Assembly: GCA_949288095.1 (NCBI GenBank)
Contig: CASEIX010000012.1
Span: 5,570-69,569 of the forward strand
DNA: 64,000 nt
DNA from: an uncultured Eubacteriales bacterium
Lineage (GTDB): Bacteria > Bacillota > Clostridia > TANB77 > CAG-508
Direction of reading: 5' to 3'
The notes beneath the pieces are model-generated. The model saw nothing but the letters and a program-made list of their open reading frames with translations. It was not told the DNA's origin and did not search any database. The position numbers were made by a program, and so were the translations under genes. Shown in pieces: positions 1 through 11,000 of the stretch (position 1 is its first letter; each line of letters starts with the position of its first letter).

Positions 1-148
1 CTTTTTCTAATAATTCAATTACTTCACTTCTTGTCATTGGATTATCCTTATTTAAAAATCCATCAAAATGGATTGCTACATAATATATAGCTAATATTAC
101 AATTAGTATCGCAATAATGATTCCTATTACTTTTAATATTTTCTTCAT
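1..148 (-). CDS. N-terminal part of a membrane-anchored hypothetical protein; the gene runs off the window start
   Basis: ATG at 148 with GGAGGGG at 155-161; reads MKKILKVIGIIIAILIVILAIYYVAIHFDG... (one TM helix); frame stays open to position 1. Confidence 0.4.
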   Translation of the reverse strand, partial: MKKILKVIGIIIAILIVILAIYYVAIHFDGFLNKDNPMTRSEVIELLEK

Positions 149-388
149 ATTCATCCCCTCCTTTTCTTATGTACCATATATGTAAACCGTTCTTTACCTA
201 TATGTATATATTATACCATATTTTTCATATATAAGCAATCTTCACTAATAAATCAATATCATTTTTTCACTATATTTATTTTCTTATTATTAAAAATTTT
301 ATATGATTAAATTCTTTAATTTTCGCTAAAAATTACTATTGTTACATTGTAATCCACATTGTGATAAATATGTTTTTTCAATTTATGC

Positions 389-1816
389 TTATTTTTGATT
401 TAACAACTTTGTTTTTAAATTATATAATTTATGAGATAAATCCACATAATATTTTTGAGGATTTTCCAGTCTTTTGATTTCTTCCCATATGGTTCCTAAT
501 TGTTCTTTTGTGTACTTTACAATTTCATTTATAGTTGGTTCTTTATATACTAGTTTTCCATTTTCAAATATTTTTTCTTGCAATTCTTTTACATAGTAAT
601 GATGTAATTTCTTTCTCTTCCAAGTATTATATTGGTCAAATATTTCATATTCTCCTTCTGGTTCTTTTTCATTTTTTAGCATAATCACATCTGCTAATGC
701 ATAGTTCGTATCTTTAGAATAAAAACGATATACCTTTTTAAAACTTGGATTTGTGATTTTTTCTACATTTTCACTAATCTTTATTTTTGGTATGATTTTT
801 CCATCTTTTTCTAATGCAGCTAATTTATATACACCACCAAATATAGCATCACTTTTTGCTGTGATTAAATTTTCACCTACACCAAATAAATCAATTTTTG
901 CATCTTGTTCTATTAAAGAACTAATTAAATTTTCATCTAATGCATTGGTTGCACATATTTTACAATCTGGATATCCTGCTTCATCTAAGATGACTCTTAC
1001 CTTTTTAGATAAATATGCTAAATCTCCACTATCTAATCTAACTGCAATCGGTCTAATTCCTTGTGGTTTTAAAACTTCATCAAATACTTTTATCGCATTT
1101 GGTAATCCACTTTGTAAGGTATGATAGGTATCAATTAAATATGTGCCATTGTTAGGATATAGTTCTGCATATGCTTTAAAAGCTTCATATTCATTATCAA
1201 AACTTTGTATCCAACTATGTGCCATCGTTCCACTTGCTGGAACATGGAATTTTTCACTTGCTGCTGTACAAGAAGTTCCTACTGCTCCCCCTATAATCGC
1301 TGCTCTTGCTCCATAAATAGCTGCTGATACTCCATGAGCTCTTCTTGCTCCAAATTCCATGACCGGTCTTCCTTGTGCCGCTCTTACAATTCTTGCTGTC
1401 TTTGTTGCAATTAAACTTTGATGATTAATAATGAGTAATAACATAGTTTCTATCAATTGTGCTTCACTAATTGGTGCTCTTACGGTAATCAATGGTTCAT
1501 TTGGAAATACAACTGTTCCTTCTGGTATTGCCCAAATATCTCCTGTAAATTTAAAGTTTTTTAAATAGTTTAAATATTCTTCTGAAAACATATTTTGTTT
1601 TCTTAAATATTCTATATCTTCTTCATCAAATTTTAAATTTTGTATGAATTCTATAATTTGTTCCAATCCTGCTACAATGGCATATCCTCCACCATCTGGA
1701 ACCTTTCTAAAAAATACATCAAAATAGGCAATATCATTCTTATTTTTTGAAAAATATCCATTTGACATTGTAAATTCATAAAAATCTGCTACTAATTCTA
1801 ATTTTTCTTGATTCAT
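389..1816 (-). CDS. pncB: nicotinate phosphoribosyltransferase
   Basis: 475 aa; N-terminus LVADFYEFTMSNGYF and overall length typical of Firmicutes NAPRTase; AGGAAGA RBS. Confidence 0.9.
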   Translation of the reverse strand: MNQEKLELVADFYEFTMSNGYFSKNKNDIAYFDVFFRKVPDGGGYAIVAGLEQIIEFIQNLKFDEEDIEYLRKQNMFSEEYLNYLKNFKFTGDIWAIPEGTVVFPNEPLITVRAPISEAQLIETMLLLIINHQSLIATKTARIVRAAQGRPVMEFGARRAHGVSAAIYGARAAIIGGAVGTSCTAASEKFHVPASGTMAHSWIQSFDNEYEAFKAYAELYPNNGTYLIDTYHTLQSGLPNAIKVFDEVLKPQGIRPIAVRLDSGDLAYLSKKVRVILDEAGYPDCKICATNALDENLISSLIEQDAKIDLFGVGENLITAKSDAIFGGVYKLAALEKDGKIIPKIKISENVEKITNPSFKKVYRFYSKDTNYALADVIMLKNEKEPEGEYEIFDQYNTWKRKKLHHYYVKELQEKIFENGKLVYKEPTINEIVKYTKEQLGTIWEEIKRLENPQKYYVDLSHKLYNLKTKLLNQK

Positions 1817-1904
1817 AATTATCTCTTCCTTTCATTTATTACTATTTTATATGTTTTTTATTTATAGTCAATATATTGTTTTAATTTTTCTATTAAACCT
1901 ATTT

Positions 1905-2684
1905 TCATTTACTATCTTTTACAACTTCATCTGACCCTTTTTTATATAAAGCTCTTCTTATCATAAATAATATGAAACCTATAATTACTTCTGTTATAAT
2001 ACATCCTATCAACATATTAAGGTTGATATTGTCAATCCAGCCTCCAGATAAATACTGTTCTATATATGTTGATAATACTCTAATTCCTATGAATGCAATA
2101 ATAGATATGATGGCTGTGATAAACATACTGATTTGAATAGTTTTTAATACCTGTTGTTTTTCTAAGAATATTAATCCTATGATATCTAGTAAGCATAATA
2201 TGATAAAGGTTATCCTAAATTCAAAACTTGTGAATTGTCCATATATATTTAATACTTCTGTTGCAGTTCCTTCTACTCCCATTTCTAATCTATCTTCTAT
2301 CTCTTCACTTTTTTCACTCACATAGCTTCTTATATCATCTTTTATGTCTTCTGGTATCTCATTTTGTAAATCTTCCTCTTCTAAAATCTGATTGATTTCT
2401 TCTGTTATATCTATATTTTCACTTTTACCAGTTAAAACATCTAAATATTTACCTGTAATTTCTTCCATATATGGACTACCTTCTATCTTTTCTGCTATTT
2501 CGTAAAAGGTATTACTATCTACTTCATTGATAATCTCATCTAACATATATCCACTAACTCTTTTTGTCAGGATATCATTGGAAATCGTTTTTACTGCCAC
2601 ATTTTCTATAATAAAACTCATCGTTATGATAAATAAAAATATAGGTAACAATATTTTCAATATAATTTTTATGAATGTTTTCAT
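1905..2684 (-). CDS. multi-pass membrane protein, function unknown
   Basis: 259 aa; N-terminal TM, acidic middle, about 3 C-terminal TM helices; GGAGG RBS before ATG. Confidence 0.6.
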   Translation of the reverse strand: MKTFIKIILKILLPIFLFIITMSFIIENVAVKTISNDILTKRVSGYMLDEIINEVDSNTFYEIAEKIEGSPYMEEITGKYLDVLTGKSENIDITEEINQILEEEDLQNEIPEDIKDDIRSYVSEKSEEIEDRLEMGVEGTATEVLNIYGQFTSFEFRITFIILCLLDIIGLIFLEKQQVLKTIQISMFITAIISIIAFIGIRVLSTYIEQYLSGGWIDNINLNMLIGCIITEVIIGFILFMIRRALYKKGSDEVVKDSK

Positions 2685-2790
2685 TTTTTCCTCCTACATA
2701 TGTGATTTCAAAACTTTTATATATCATACTACAAAAAAGAAAATTATTCCATACATACCTGTAATAAAATAATTTTCTTTTACTTATTCT

Positions 2791-3465
2791 TTATTTATTA
2801 GAGTTATTTTTACCTTTCTGTCTTATAACTTTTACAATTGTAAAACTTATGATAGCTAATAAGATGATTGAACAACCTATCACAATTCCATTGCTCATTT
2901 TCTCTATTTCTTGATTTGCTAATAAATTCTCTGTTTCCTCTCCTTGTATTTGTGTACTTTCCACTTCTTCTTGTGGATGTGTCTTTTTATATTCTTCAAA
3001 TCGTTTTTCAAATTCGTCATATCCTTCTGGTGTTTCTCTAATATATTCTACCTGATATTCTCCATTTTCTACTTTTATTTTAATATAACATATATTGGTT
3101 TTTACGTACCAAATGAATTCATGTCCTTCCCATAATCCAATTTCTGGTTCTCCATAATTCCATTCTGTATTTTCAATAGAAACAGGTGTTACAACAAATT
3201 CAATATCTGCTATATATTCATTATCACTAATTGTTCTAATACCAAGTTTATTTAATTTATAATCTGTAATTCTTCTATTTTCTGGTATTTCTTCACTTTT
3301 ATAACTTTCTATCCAATCTTCAAAAATACCTTCTATAAATTCACTCCTCTCATCTGAGTCAGTACTTTCTGTTGCTAGTACTGTATTAGAAAAATACATT
3401 ATACCAATGATAATAATACAAAAAATGCTGAATACTTTATATTGTATTTTCATACGATTATTCAT
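2791..3465 (-). CDS. hypothetical secreted/membrane-anchored protein, last gene of an ECF sigma operon
   Basis: 224 aa; N-terminal signal/TM and C-terminal TM; start overlaps the upstream gene stop by 8 nt. Confidence 0.55.
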   Translation of the reverse strand: MNNRMKIQYKVFSIFCIIIIGIMYFSNTVLATESTDSDERSEFIEGIFEDWIESYKSEEIPENRRITDYKLNKLGIRTISDNEYIADIEFVVTPVSIENTEWNYGEPEIGLWEGHEFIWYVKTNICYIKIKVENGEYQVEYIRETPEGYDEFEKRFEEYKKTHPQEEVESTQIQGEETENLLANQEIEKMSNGIVIGCSIILLAIISFTIVKVIRQKGKNNSNK

Positions 3466-4744
3466 CCCCTTTCTTTAGGACTACTTCTTCTGTTTGACCT
3501 CTATATTCAAAATGAACAATTATTTTTTCTGCTTCATTATATTTTGTTAAATCAAACATACCTGAAAATGTTAACATGCCTTCTTCACTTAATGACTTCG
3601 AACCATTTTCACTTGGTCCTTGTACTAATGTAAATTTTTCACCGTTTTCATTTGTTAAATATATCACAATATCTGTTAATCCATATGTTTTTCGATAATA
3701 CTCTTTATAAGCATCTGTTTGGCATTCTTTCCAACTAATATATCCTAAAATATCTACATTTTTAAGTGGATCATCATTTGATAAACTATCATAAAAATCG
3801 TGTTCCAAAAATGATGGATATTTGGGTTTTGGTTCTGTTTTTATTCTGGCCGTTATTTCCATTCCTGTATCATATAATGTTGCTGACTCTACTTGATAAT
3901 CTTCATTGGTTGTGTCTATCTGTGTATAAACAACTGATTGTCTGTTATACATTTTTTCTGGAACTTCTACATCAAAATGCCAATCTCCTGTAAGGGTAAT
4001 TTCCTCTTCTCCCATAGAAGTTCCTTCCTCTTTGGAAATATTAATTTTCGTCATATCAATTGTTAATGTTTTACTTTTTGGATAGTGACTGTTTCCTCCT
4101 GTATAAATATTATAAACAACTTTTACATGATTTCCTTCTCTCTCAACAGGAATAATATTGACACCACTTCCAATATACATATTCTTATCTATTGCCTCAT
4201 TATAATCTAAACCTAAATTATTTTCTTGGCTAAATTCATTATATCTAACTCCTGTTGGGCAATATAAAACAATATTATTTTCATCTGATATCACTAAGTC
4301 TGGAAAATTAAACTCCCATACTTCATCTGCTGTTATAATTTCCTTTGCTTTTTCAGATAGTTCTACATCAAATGTAATGCTTAAATTAAAATCATCCATG
4401 ACAAATTCAGATACTTTTACCTTTGTTTCCACATCTTCTATCATTTCACCTGTTTCTGTGTTTTCTACAGTTGTATTCGCATTTTCATATTCCATATCCG
4501 TATTTTCGATATATCCCTCATTCATTGCTGTTTCCATTCCTTTACCTGTCATAAAGAAATTATCATATATTTTCGTAGAAATATCTTTTGCAAAAACAAT
4601 TCCTGTTACAGATAAACAACAAATCATAACTGTCAATGTACTTTGTACTATCTTTTTTATTTTCTCATGCTTTTTATGGACTGTTCTAAAATTTTCAATA
4701 GCTATATTTTCTTGAAGATTCTCAAAAATTTTTTCCTTTCCCAT
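3458..4744 (-). CDS. putative anti-sigma factor (single TM, DUF4179-like architecture)
   Basis: 428 aa; short cytoplasmic N-terminus, TM at about residue 35-55, large extracytoplasmic domain; starts 2 nt after the sigma gene stop. Confidence 0.55.
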   Translation of the reverse strand: MGKEKIFENLQENIAIENFRTVHKKHEKIKKIVQSTLTVMICCLSVTGIVFAKDISTKIYDNFFMTGKGMETAMNEGYIENTDMEYENANTTVENTETGEMIEDVETKVKVSEFVMDDFNLSITFDVELSEKAKEIITADEVWEFNFPDLVISDENNIVLYCPTGVRYNEFSQENNLGLDYNEAIDKNMYIGSGVNIIPVEREGNHVKVVYNIYTGGNSHYPKSKTLTIDMTKINISKEEGTSMGEEEITLTGDWHFDVEVPEKMYNRQSVVYTQIDTTNEDYQVESATLYDTGMEITARIKTEPKPKYPSFLEHDFYDSLSNDDPLKNVDILGYISWKECQTDAYKEYYRKTYGLTDIVIYLTNENGEKFTLVQGPSENGSKSLSEEGMLTFSGMFDLTKYNEAEKIIVHFEYRGQTEEVVLKKGDE

Positions 4745-4746
4745 TT

Positions 4747-5283
4747 TTAGAAACCTCCTACTTTTAAAATTTCTCTTATCTTTTTTCTAGTTCGATGTAA
4801 TTTTGTTTTTACATTACTACTACTTATGTTCATCTCTTGTGCAATTTGTTTTACCTTTTTTCCTTCATAATAAAATTTTTTAAATATTTCATATTCTGTA
4901 TCACCTAATGCTTTTAAATTTTTTGTAATACAGTCATTCATTTCTTTTTGCTCTACAATTTCATCTACATTAAAATGACTAATCATCTCGTTTTCATATT
5001 GAGAAAATTTTATCATTTTACTAAGTTCTCTATATTTTCTATAAATTAATCTTTTTGTAATCCCTGCTATATATGGACTAAATACCGCTTTTCTATCTAA
5101 TCTATCTTTGTTTTTCCATAAAATTAAAAATACATCTGCTATCATTTCTTCTTCATCTTCTAGCTTGATAGTATGTTTATTTTTTATAATTGTACTTACA
5201 TAGTGATAATACTCATCAAATACTCTTGGCATATCTAGTTGATTATCCACTATATAACTTTCTATTGTATTTTCTTTTTTCAT
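4747..5283 (-). CDS. ECF-type RNA polymerase sigma-70 family factor
   Basis: 178 aa; region 2 and region 4 layout with C-terminal HTH (QIAQEMNISSSNVKTKLHRTRKKI). Confidence 0.85.
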   Translation of the reverse strand: MKKENTIESYIVDNQLDMPRVFDEYYHYVSTIIKNKHTIKLEDEEEMIADVFLILWKNKDRLDRKAVFSPYIAGITKRLIYRKYRELSKMIKFSQYENEMISHFNVDEIVEQKEMNDCITKNLKALGDTEYEIFKKFYYEGKKVKQIAQEMNISSSNVKTKLHRTRKKIREILKVGGF

Positions 5284-5352
5284 TTTTTTCTCCTTTGATA
5301 CATACTTTCCATCTATATATTTATCATTTTTAGAAAAAGGTTACAACTTTTT

Positions 5353-5387
5353 GTCCTTTCGGGGACATTTCTGTTTGGGACATTTTT
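5353..5387. repeat. GGGAC-rich repeat, copy 1 (related to 39047-39079)
   Basis: gtcctttcggggacatttctgtttgggacattttt aligns by eye at roughly 28 of 38 positions with gtcttttcgggacgtgtcgaattggacactttt. Confidence 0.5.
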
Positions 5388-5410
5388 GAGAAACTATATA
5401 AAACAAGCAT

Positions 5411-5450
5411 AAAATAAACCCAAATGATTAGACAAACATTTAATCATTTG
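5411..5450 (-). terminator. rho-independent terminator after the zf-HC2 anti-sigma gene
   Basis: stem CAAATGATTA/TAATCATTTG, followed on the minus strand by a T-rich tract. Confidence 0.6.
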
Positions 5451-5468
5451 AGTTTATTTTTTATTCTT

Positions 5469-6374
5469 TTATTCTTCATCATTTCCTATCAAAGTATATT
5501 CTGTTTCATCTGGTTCTTTCATATCTTCATCTGTAACCGTTCCAAAAGAATATTCATATTCAATTACTGTTGCTTGATATGTACTTTGATATTGTTCCTG
5601 TACCAATCCTCTTTGTACTAATTTTAACAATAATCCTGTATCTTTATCTACATACCATCTTAGCTTTGATTCTTCATTCTCAAATATATTACTTATCATA
5701 TAACATTCTTTTCCATCAAGTTCTATTGTTTCTATTTTGGATTTTATGCTCATACTAAACAAATCTGTTATGGAATTATAATATATATCTGTTAGTATCG
5801 GTGATACATACCCCTCTTCTAGGGAATCCAAAATAGTTAAAGTTTTTCCATAAGGTGCATCTGTAAATATTCTACTTTGATCTGGATACCTATATTCTGT
5901 GGTTGTTGTTGCTCCTAATCCTGAAGTTGTTGTAATTACTTTTACTATATCATCTTTATAATAATATTCAAAAGTCAATGGTGAAGTAATAGAACTATAA
6001 TGTGAAATCTTTGTATACATGTTATCACTCTTTTGATTAGATACTTCTGCTTTATTCTTTAGAGATGCTATGATTACCATATTTCTTCCTGGAAAAACAA
6101 CAAATAGTACTACAAGAATACATATAATGGATAATAGAGTAATTTTTAGTGTTTTTAATCTACGATTATATTTTTTGATATATTCTACTTTCTTTTTCTC
6201 TAATTTTTTCTCTTGTAGTTGAATATCTTTTTGCATATTATCTAAGACCTTTTTACAGTCTTTACAAGTGTTTACATGTTCTTCAATATATGTATTTGTT
6301 TCTTCACTTGTTAGTTTATCAATATAGTTTGGTAATAAATCTTGAACAATTTTACAATCCTTTTTTTCTTTCAT
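5469..6374 (-). CDS. anti-sigma factor with N-terminal zinc-finger (zf-HC2-like), single TM
   Basis: H-x3-C-x2-C motif (HVNTCKDCKK), TM around residue 85-105; ATG at 6374 lies 9 nt after GGAGGG; overlaps the sigma gene end. Confidence 0.75.
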   Translation of the reverse strand: MKEKKDCKIVQDLLPNYIDKLTSEETNTYIEEHVNTCKDCKKVLDNMQKDIQLQEKKLEKKKVEYIKKYNRRLKTLKITLLSIICILVVLFVVFPGRNMVIIASLKNKAEVSNQKSDNMYTKISHYSSITSPLTFEYYYKDDIVKVITTTSGLGATTTTEYRYPDQSRIFTDAPYGKTLTILDSLEEGYVSPILTDIYYNSITDLFSMSIKSKIETIELDGKECYMISNIFENEESKLRWYVDKDTGLLLKLVQRGLVQEQYQSTYQATVIEYEYSFGTVTDEDMKEPDETEYTLIGNDEE

Positions 6375-6855
6375 TTTCATCACCCTCCTTCAACTTCTGT
6401 TTTCCTCTATAAAAAGTGACTCTTGCCCAGTTTTCTGTTTGATTTAAAATGGCTCCTATTTCTTTAAATGACAATTCTCCTGTAATTTTTAAATAAATGA
6501 CTTCTCTTGTTTTTTCATCTAGCTTTTGTAACTTTTTATATAATGTTATTTTTTCTTCATTCTGAATTATTTTTTCTTCTGTTATATCTGAATCTTGTAT
6601 TTCGAAAAAAGTATCTTCACTTGGTTTTAGATTTTTCTTATTTTTTCTACATTCGTCATACCATAAATTTTTAGCAATTTGGCATAACCATACAGATATT
6701 TTACAGTCACCTTTAAAAGTATGTATCTTTTTTACTGCTTTGTAAAAGGTTTCTTGTGTTAGTTCTTCAGAGATATCACTATTATGAGTTAAACAGAATA
6801 AATATTTATATACTGTTTCAAAATATTGTTCATAGATTTGTTCCATATCCTGCAT
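6352..6855 (-). CDS. ECF-type RNA polymerase sigma factor
   Basis: sigma-70 region 2 (ELTQETFYKA) and region 4 HTH (EIGAILNQTENWARVTFYRGKQKL); ATG at 6855 has an AGGAGG RBS. Confidence 0.85.
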   Translation of the reverse strand: MQDMEQIYEQYFETVYKYLFCLTHNSDISEELTQETFYKAVKKIHTFKGDCKISVWLCQIAKNLWYDECRKNKKNLKPSEDTFFEIQDSDITEEKIIQNEEKITLYKKLQKLDEKTREVIYLKITGELSFKEIGAILNQTENWARVTFYRGKQKLKEGDENERKKGL

Positions 6856-7043
6856 AACTTTATCCTCCTTTGTATATATGACGTACAACTTTTATTTTTG
6901 TTACAAGTTTTGTCCATTTTTATACCATTAATAAAATCTTGTTTACAATATATCATATAAATTCAAGATTAACAATTCTTCTGTGTAAGGTTATTTTTGC
7001 TTTAATATGGAACTATTTTTAACAAAATAATTAAGAATTTTAC

Positions 7044-7072
7044 TTGACTTACGCAAACATTTGTTTTATAAT
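7044..7072 (+). promoter_or_regulatory. sigma-A promoter of the KilA-N gene with an AAACA-TT-TGTTT dyad in the spacer
   Basis: TTGACT (7044-7049), 17-nt spacer, TATAAT (7067-7072); dyad at 7055-7066; 21 of 22 nt identical to 52154-52175. Confidence 0.7.
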
Positions 7073-7096
7073 GTGGATAGATTGGGAGTGATATTT

Positions 7097-7969
7097 ATGA
7101 AAAAAGAACTAATATCAACACAAATGCATGTAAATAACAGATTAGTTAGAGTGATGAGAGTAGATGCTATAGATTATATATCTCTAACAGATTTAGCAAA
7201 ATATCAGAATGAGAACGATCCTTCGGGAGTTATACGAAATTGGATGTCTAATAAAAATTCTTTTGATTTTTATAATCTCTGGGAAGAATTACATAACGAA
7301 AATTTTAATTCCGTGGAATCACACAGAATTAAAATTGATGAAGTTGGATATAATCGTTTTACTATGACACCAAATCGTTGGAAGAAAGAATTCAATGCTA
7401 TTGGAATTATTCCAAGCAGTGGAAAATATAGTATAGGGACATTTGCACATCCTGATATTGCTTTTGAATTTGCAAGCTGGCTAAATGTAGAATTCAAACT
7501 ATATTTAATCATGGAATTTCAACGACTAAAACAAAATGAAAGTTATCAGAAGAAAATTAATTGGTCAGTTAGAAGAGAACTTGCAAAAACAAATTATAAA
7601 ATACATACTGATAGTATAAAAGAAAATATAATTCCTACTCTAACTGAAAAGCAAAAGTTATATGTATATGCAAATGAAGCAGATATTTTAAATGTTGCTT
7701 TATTTGGAATGACCGCAAAGGAATGGAAAAACAAAAATCCTTCTCTAGATGGTAATATGCGAGATTATGCAAATATTCTACAACTAGTAATTTTAAGCAA
7801 TCTAGAAAACTTAAATAGTGAAATGATAGCTCAGGGAATTCCCCAAAATGTAAGACTTGAAAAATTAAATGCAATAGCTAAAAAACAGTATATTATTTTG
7901 CAAGACAGTACAGGAATTAAAAAAATTGAAATGATAGAGAATGATAGCAATAGTAAATTATTAAATTGA
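7097..7969 (+). CDS. KilA-N domain-containing protein
   Basis: N-terminus VRVMRVDAIDYISLTDLAKY...IRNWMSNKNSFDFYNLWE matches the KilA-N DNA-binding domain pattern; GGGAG RBS before ATG 7097. Confidence 0.8.
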   Translation: MKKELISTQMHVNNRLVRVMRVDAIDYISLTDLAKYQNENDPSGVIRNWMSNKNSFDFYNLWEELHNENFNSVESHRIKIDEVGYNRFTMTPNRWKKEFNAIGIIPSSGKYSIGTFAHPDIAFEFASWLNVEFKLYLIMEFQRLKQNESYQKKINWSVRRELAKTNYKIHTDSIKENIIPTLTEKQKLYVYANEADILNVALFGMTAKEWKNKNPSLDGNMRDYANILQLVILSNLENLNSEMIAQGIPQNVRLEKLNAIAKKQYIILQDSTGIKKIEMIENDSNSKLLN

Positions 7970-8010
7970 TACTATTAAAATGGCAAAATACTCATTTTAA
8001 ATAAAATAAA

Positions 8011-8051
8011 CCCTTTTATGACAAAATAGAAAAGTCATAAAAAGGTTTTTT
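8011..8051. terminator. bidirectional terminator between the KilA-N gene and carB
   Basis: stem CCnTTTTATGAC/GTCATAAAAnGG, flanked by a T-run on the plus strand and an A-rich tract on the other side. Confidence 0.7.
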
Positions 8052-8090
8052 AAATTTGATATAAATTATCCTATATCCTTACTTTTTTCT

Positions 8091-11000
8091 TTATTCATCA
8101 ATTGTTGATATGCCAAGTGTAATTTCTTCTAACACATCCAATACTGCTCTTACAGTATCTAATGCTGTAAACATTGGTACATTATTTTGTGTTGCACATC
8201 TTCTGATATATGTTCCATCTGTTTCTTGGTCTATGGAATCAATGTTTCTTGTGTTAATGACATAGCTAACATATCCTTTTCTTAAAGATTCTAAGATTTC
8301 TTCACTACCTTCACTAAGTTTCTTTTTCACTCTTGTTCTAATACCATGTTCTTTTAAGAATTTAGCAGTTCCTTTTGTTGCTTCTATATTAAATCCTAGG
8401 TTATAAAATCTTCTAATTAGTGGTAATGCTTCTTCTTTATCTTTATCTGCGATTGTTACAAATATCGTTCCATAATTTGCAAGTTTCATTCCTGATGATT
8501 GTAATGCTTTATATAATGCTCTAGTTAATTTTTTATCATATCCAATAGCTTCTCCTGTTGATTTCATTTCAGGAGAAAGTGTTGCATCTAATCCTGATAA
8601 TTTTGAGAATGAGAATGCTGGTGCTTTTACATACCATTTTTCTTTCTCTTTTGGATATACTTGCGTTATTCCTTGTTCTTTTAGAGATTTTCCAAGCATA
8701 GCTAATGTTCCAATATCTGCTAAAGAATATCCAGTAGATTTTGAAATAAATGGAACGGTTCTTGATGATCTTGGATTTACTTCAATAACATACACATCTT
8801 CATTTTTATCTACAATAAATTGAATATTATATAATCCGACAATACCAATACCTAATCCTAATTTTACTGTATAATCTATGATTGTATCTTTTGCTTTTTG
8901 GCTAACACTAAAGGTTGGATATACACTGATACTATCTCCTGAGTGAATTCCTGTTTTTTCAACATGTTCCATAATTCCAGGTATGAAGACATCTTTTCCA
9001 TCACATACTGCATCTACTTCTAGTTCTTTTCCTGTGATATATTTATCTACTAATACAGGTTGTTCTGTATTGATTTCAACAGCTGTTTTCAAATATTTTT
9101 CTAATGCTTTTTGATTAGAAACAATTTGCATAGCTCTTCCACCTAATACATAACTTGGTCTTACTAGAACTGGATATCCAATTTCTTTCGCAACTTTGAT
9201 TCCATCTTCTATATTCGTTACTGCTTCTCCTTTAGGTTGTAATAGTTTTAACTCTTTCATCACTCTTTCAAATGCATCTCTATTTTCTGCTTTTTCAATG
9301 GCATTAACATCTGTACCAATGATTTTAACACCTAATTTTGAAAGTGGTCCTGCAAGGTTAATGGCTGTTTGTCCACCTAAAGCTGCTACAACACCTTCTG
9401 GTTTTTCTAATTCTACAATATTCATAACATCTTCTACAGTTAATGGTTCAAAATATAGTTTATCACTGGTTGTGTAATCTGTTGAAACGGTTTCTGGGTT
9501 GTTATTAATAATGATTGCTTCATATCCAGCTTCTTTAATTGTTTTTACTGCATGTACTGTAGAATAGTCAAATTCTACACCTTGTCCAATTCTAATTGGT
9601 CCTGCACCTAGTACAATGATTTTTTTCTTGTCACTTATGATAGATTCATTTTCTTCTTCATATGTTGAATAGAAATATGGTACATAACTTTCAAACTCAC
9701 TACTACATGTATCTATCATTTTATATACAGGATAAATGCTGTTTTTCTTTCTTAATTCATAAATATCATTTTCTTTTTTCTTCCATACTTTTGCAATATA
9801 TTTATCACTAAATCCCATTTTCTTAACAGTTTTTAATGTATCAATATCTCCTACATTTTTCTTTAAGACTTTTTCCGTTTCAACAATATTTTTAATTTTT
9901 TCTAAGAAAAACATATCAATTTTTGTTGTATCATAAATTAATCCTAAATCGACATCTCTTCTTATTAATTCTGCAATCGCATAGATTCTATCATCTGTTC
10001 CATCTTTTATATATGTCATCATGTCTTCTGTTTCCATTGTGTCAAATTTTTTATGATGAATATGACATACACCTGTTTCTAATGACCTTATTGCTTTTAA
10101 TAAACTTTCTTCAAAGGTTCTTCCAACACTCATGACTTCTCCTGTTGCCTTCATTTGTGTACTTAGTTTATTTGAAGCTAGTGTAAATTTATCAAATGGG
10201 AATCTTGGTATTTTGCAAACAATATAGTCTAATGCTGGTTCAAAACTTGCTGGTGTATTGGCTAATGGAATTTCTTCTAATCTCATACCAACTGCTATTT
10301 TTGCTGAAACTCTAGCAATTGGATATCCACTTGCTTTTGAAGCTAATGCTGATGAACGAGATACCCTTGGATTTACTTCAATGACATAATAGTTAAAAGA
10401 ATGTGGATCTAAAGCAAATTGAACATTACATCCTCCCTCTATTTTTAAAGCTCTAATGATTTTTAAAGCACTATCTCTTAATAGTTGATATTCTTTATTA
10501 GTTAAAGTTTGGCTTGGTGCGACAACAATAGAATCTCCTGTATGAACACCTACTGGGTCTAAGTTTTCCATATTACAAATGGTAATGGCTGTGTCATTAT
10601 GATCTCTCATTACCTCATATTCGATTTCTTTATATCCTTTAATACTTTTTTCTACTAATACTTGATTTACAGGAGAAAGTTTTAAGGCATGTTTTAATAA
10701 TGGTTTTAATTCTTTTTCATTATCTGCAAATCCTCCACCAGTTCCTCCTAAAGTGAAAGCTGGTCTTAAAACAACTGGGTATCCAATCTTATTTGCAGCT
10801 GCAATTCCTTCTTCTTCTGATTCTGCAATAATAGACTCTAAGACAGGCTCTCCTAATTCTTCACATAATTCTTTGAATTTTTCTCTGTCTTCTGCCTTTT
10901 CAATACTTTCACTACTTGTTCCTAATAGCTCTACTTGACATTCTTGTAAAATTCCTTTTCTATATAATTGCATAGCAATATTTAATCCAGTTTGTCCTCC

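Noticed and set aside
9196-9477. Antisense or alternate-frame ORFs inside long genes, for example 753-1124, 9196-9477, 10753-10938, 24887-25117, 41740-42225, 41960-42154, 54327-54578 and 58406-58768
   Set aside because: They lie wholly within well-supported conserved genes, have low-complexity hydrophobic or Ser-rich translations, and have no RBS.
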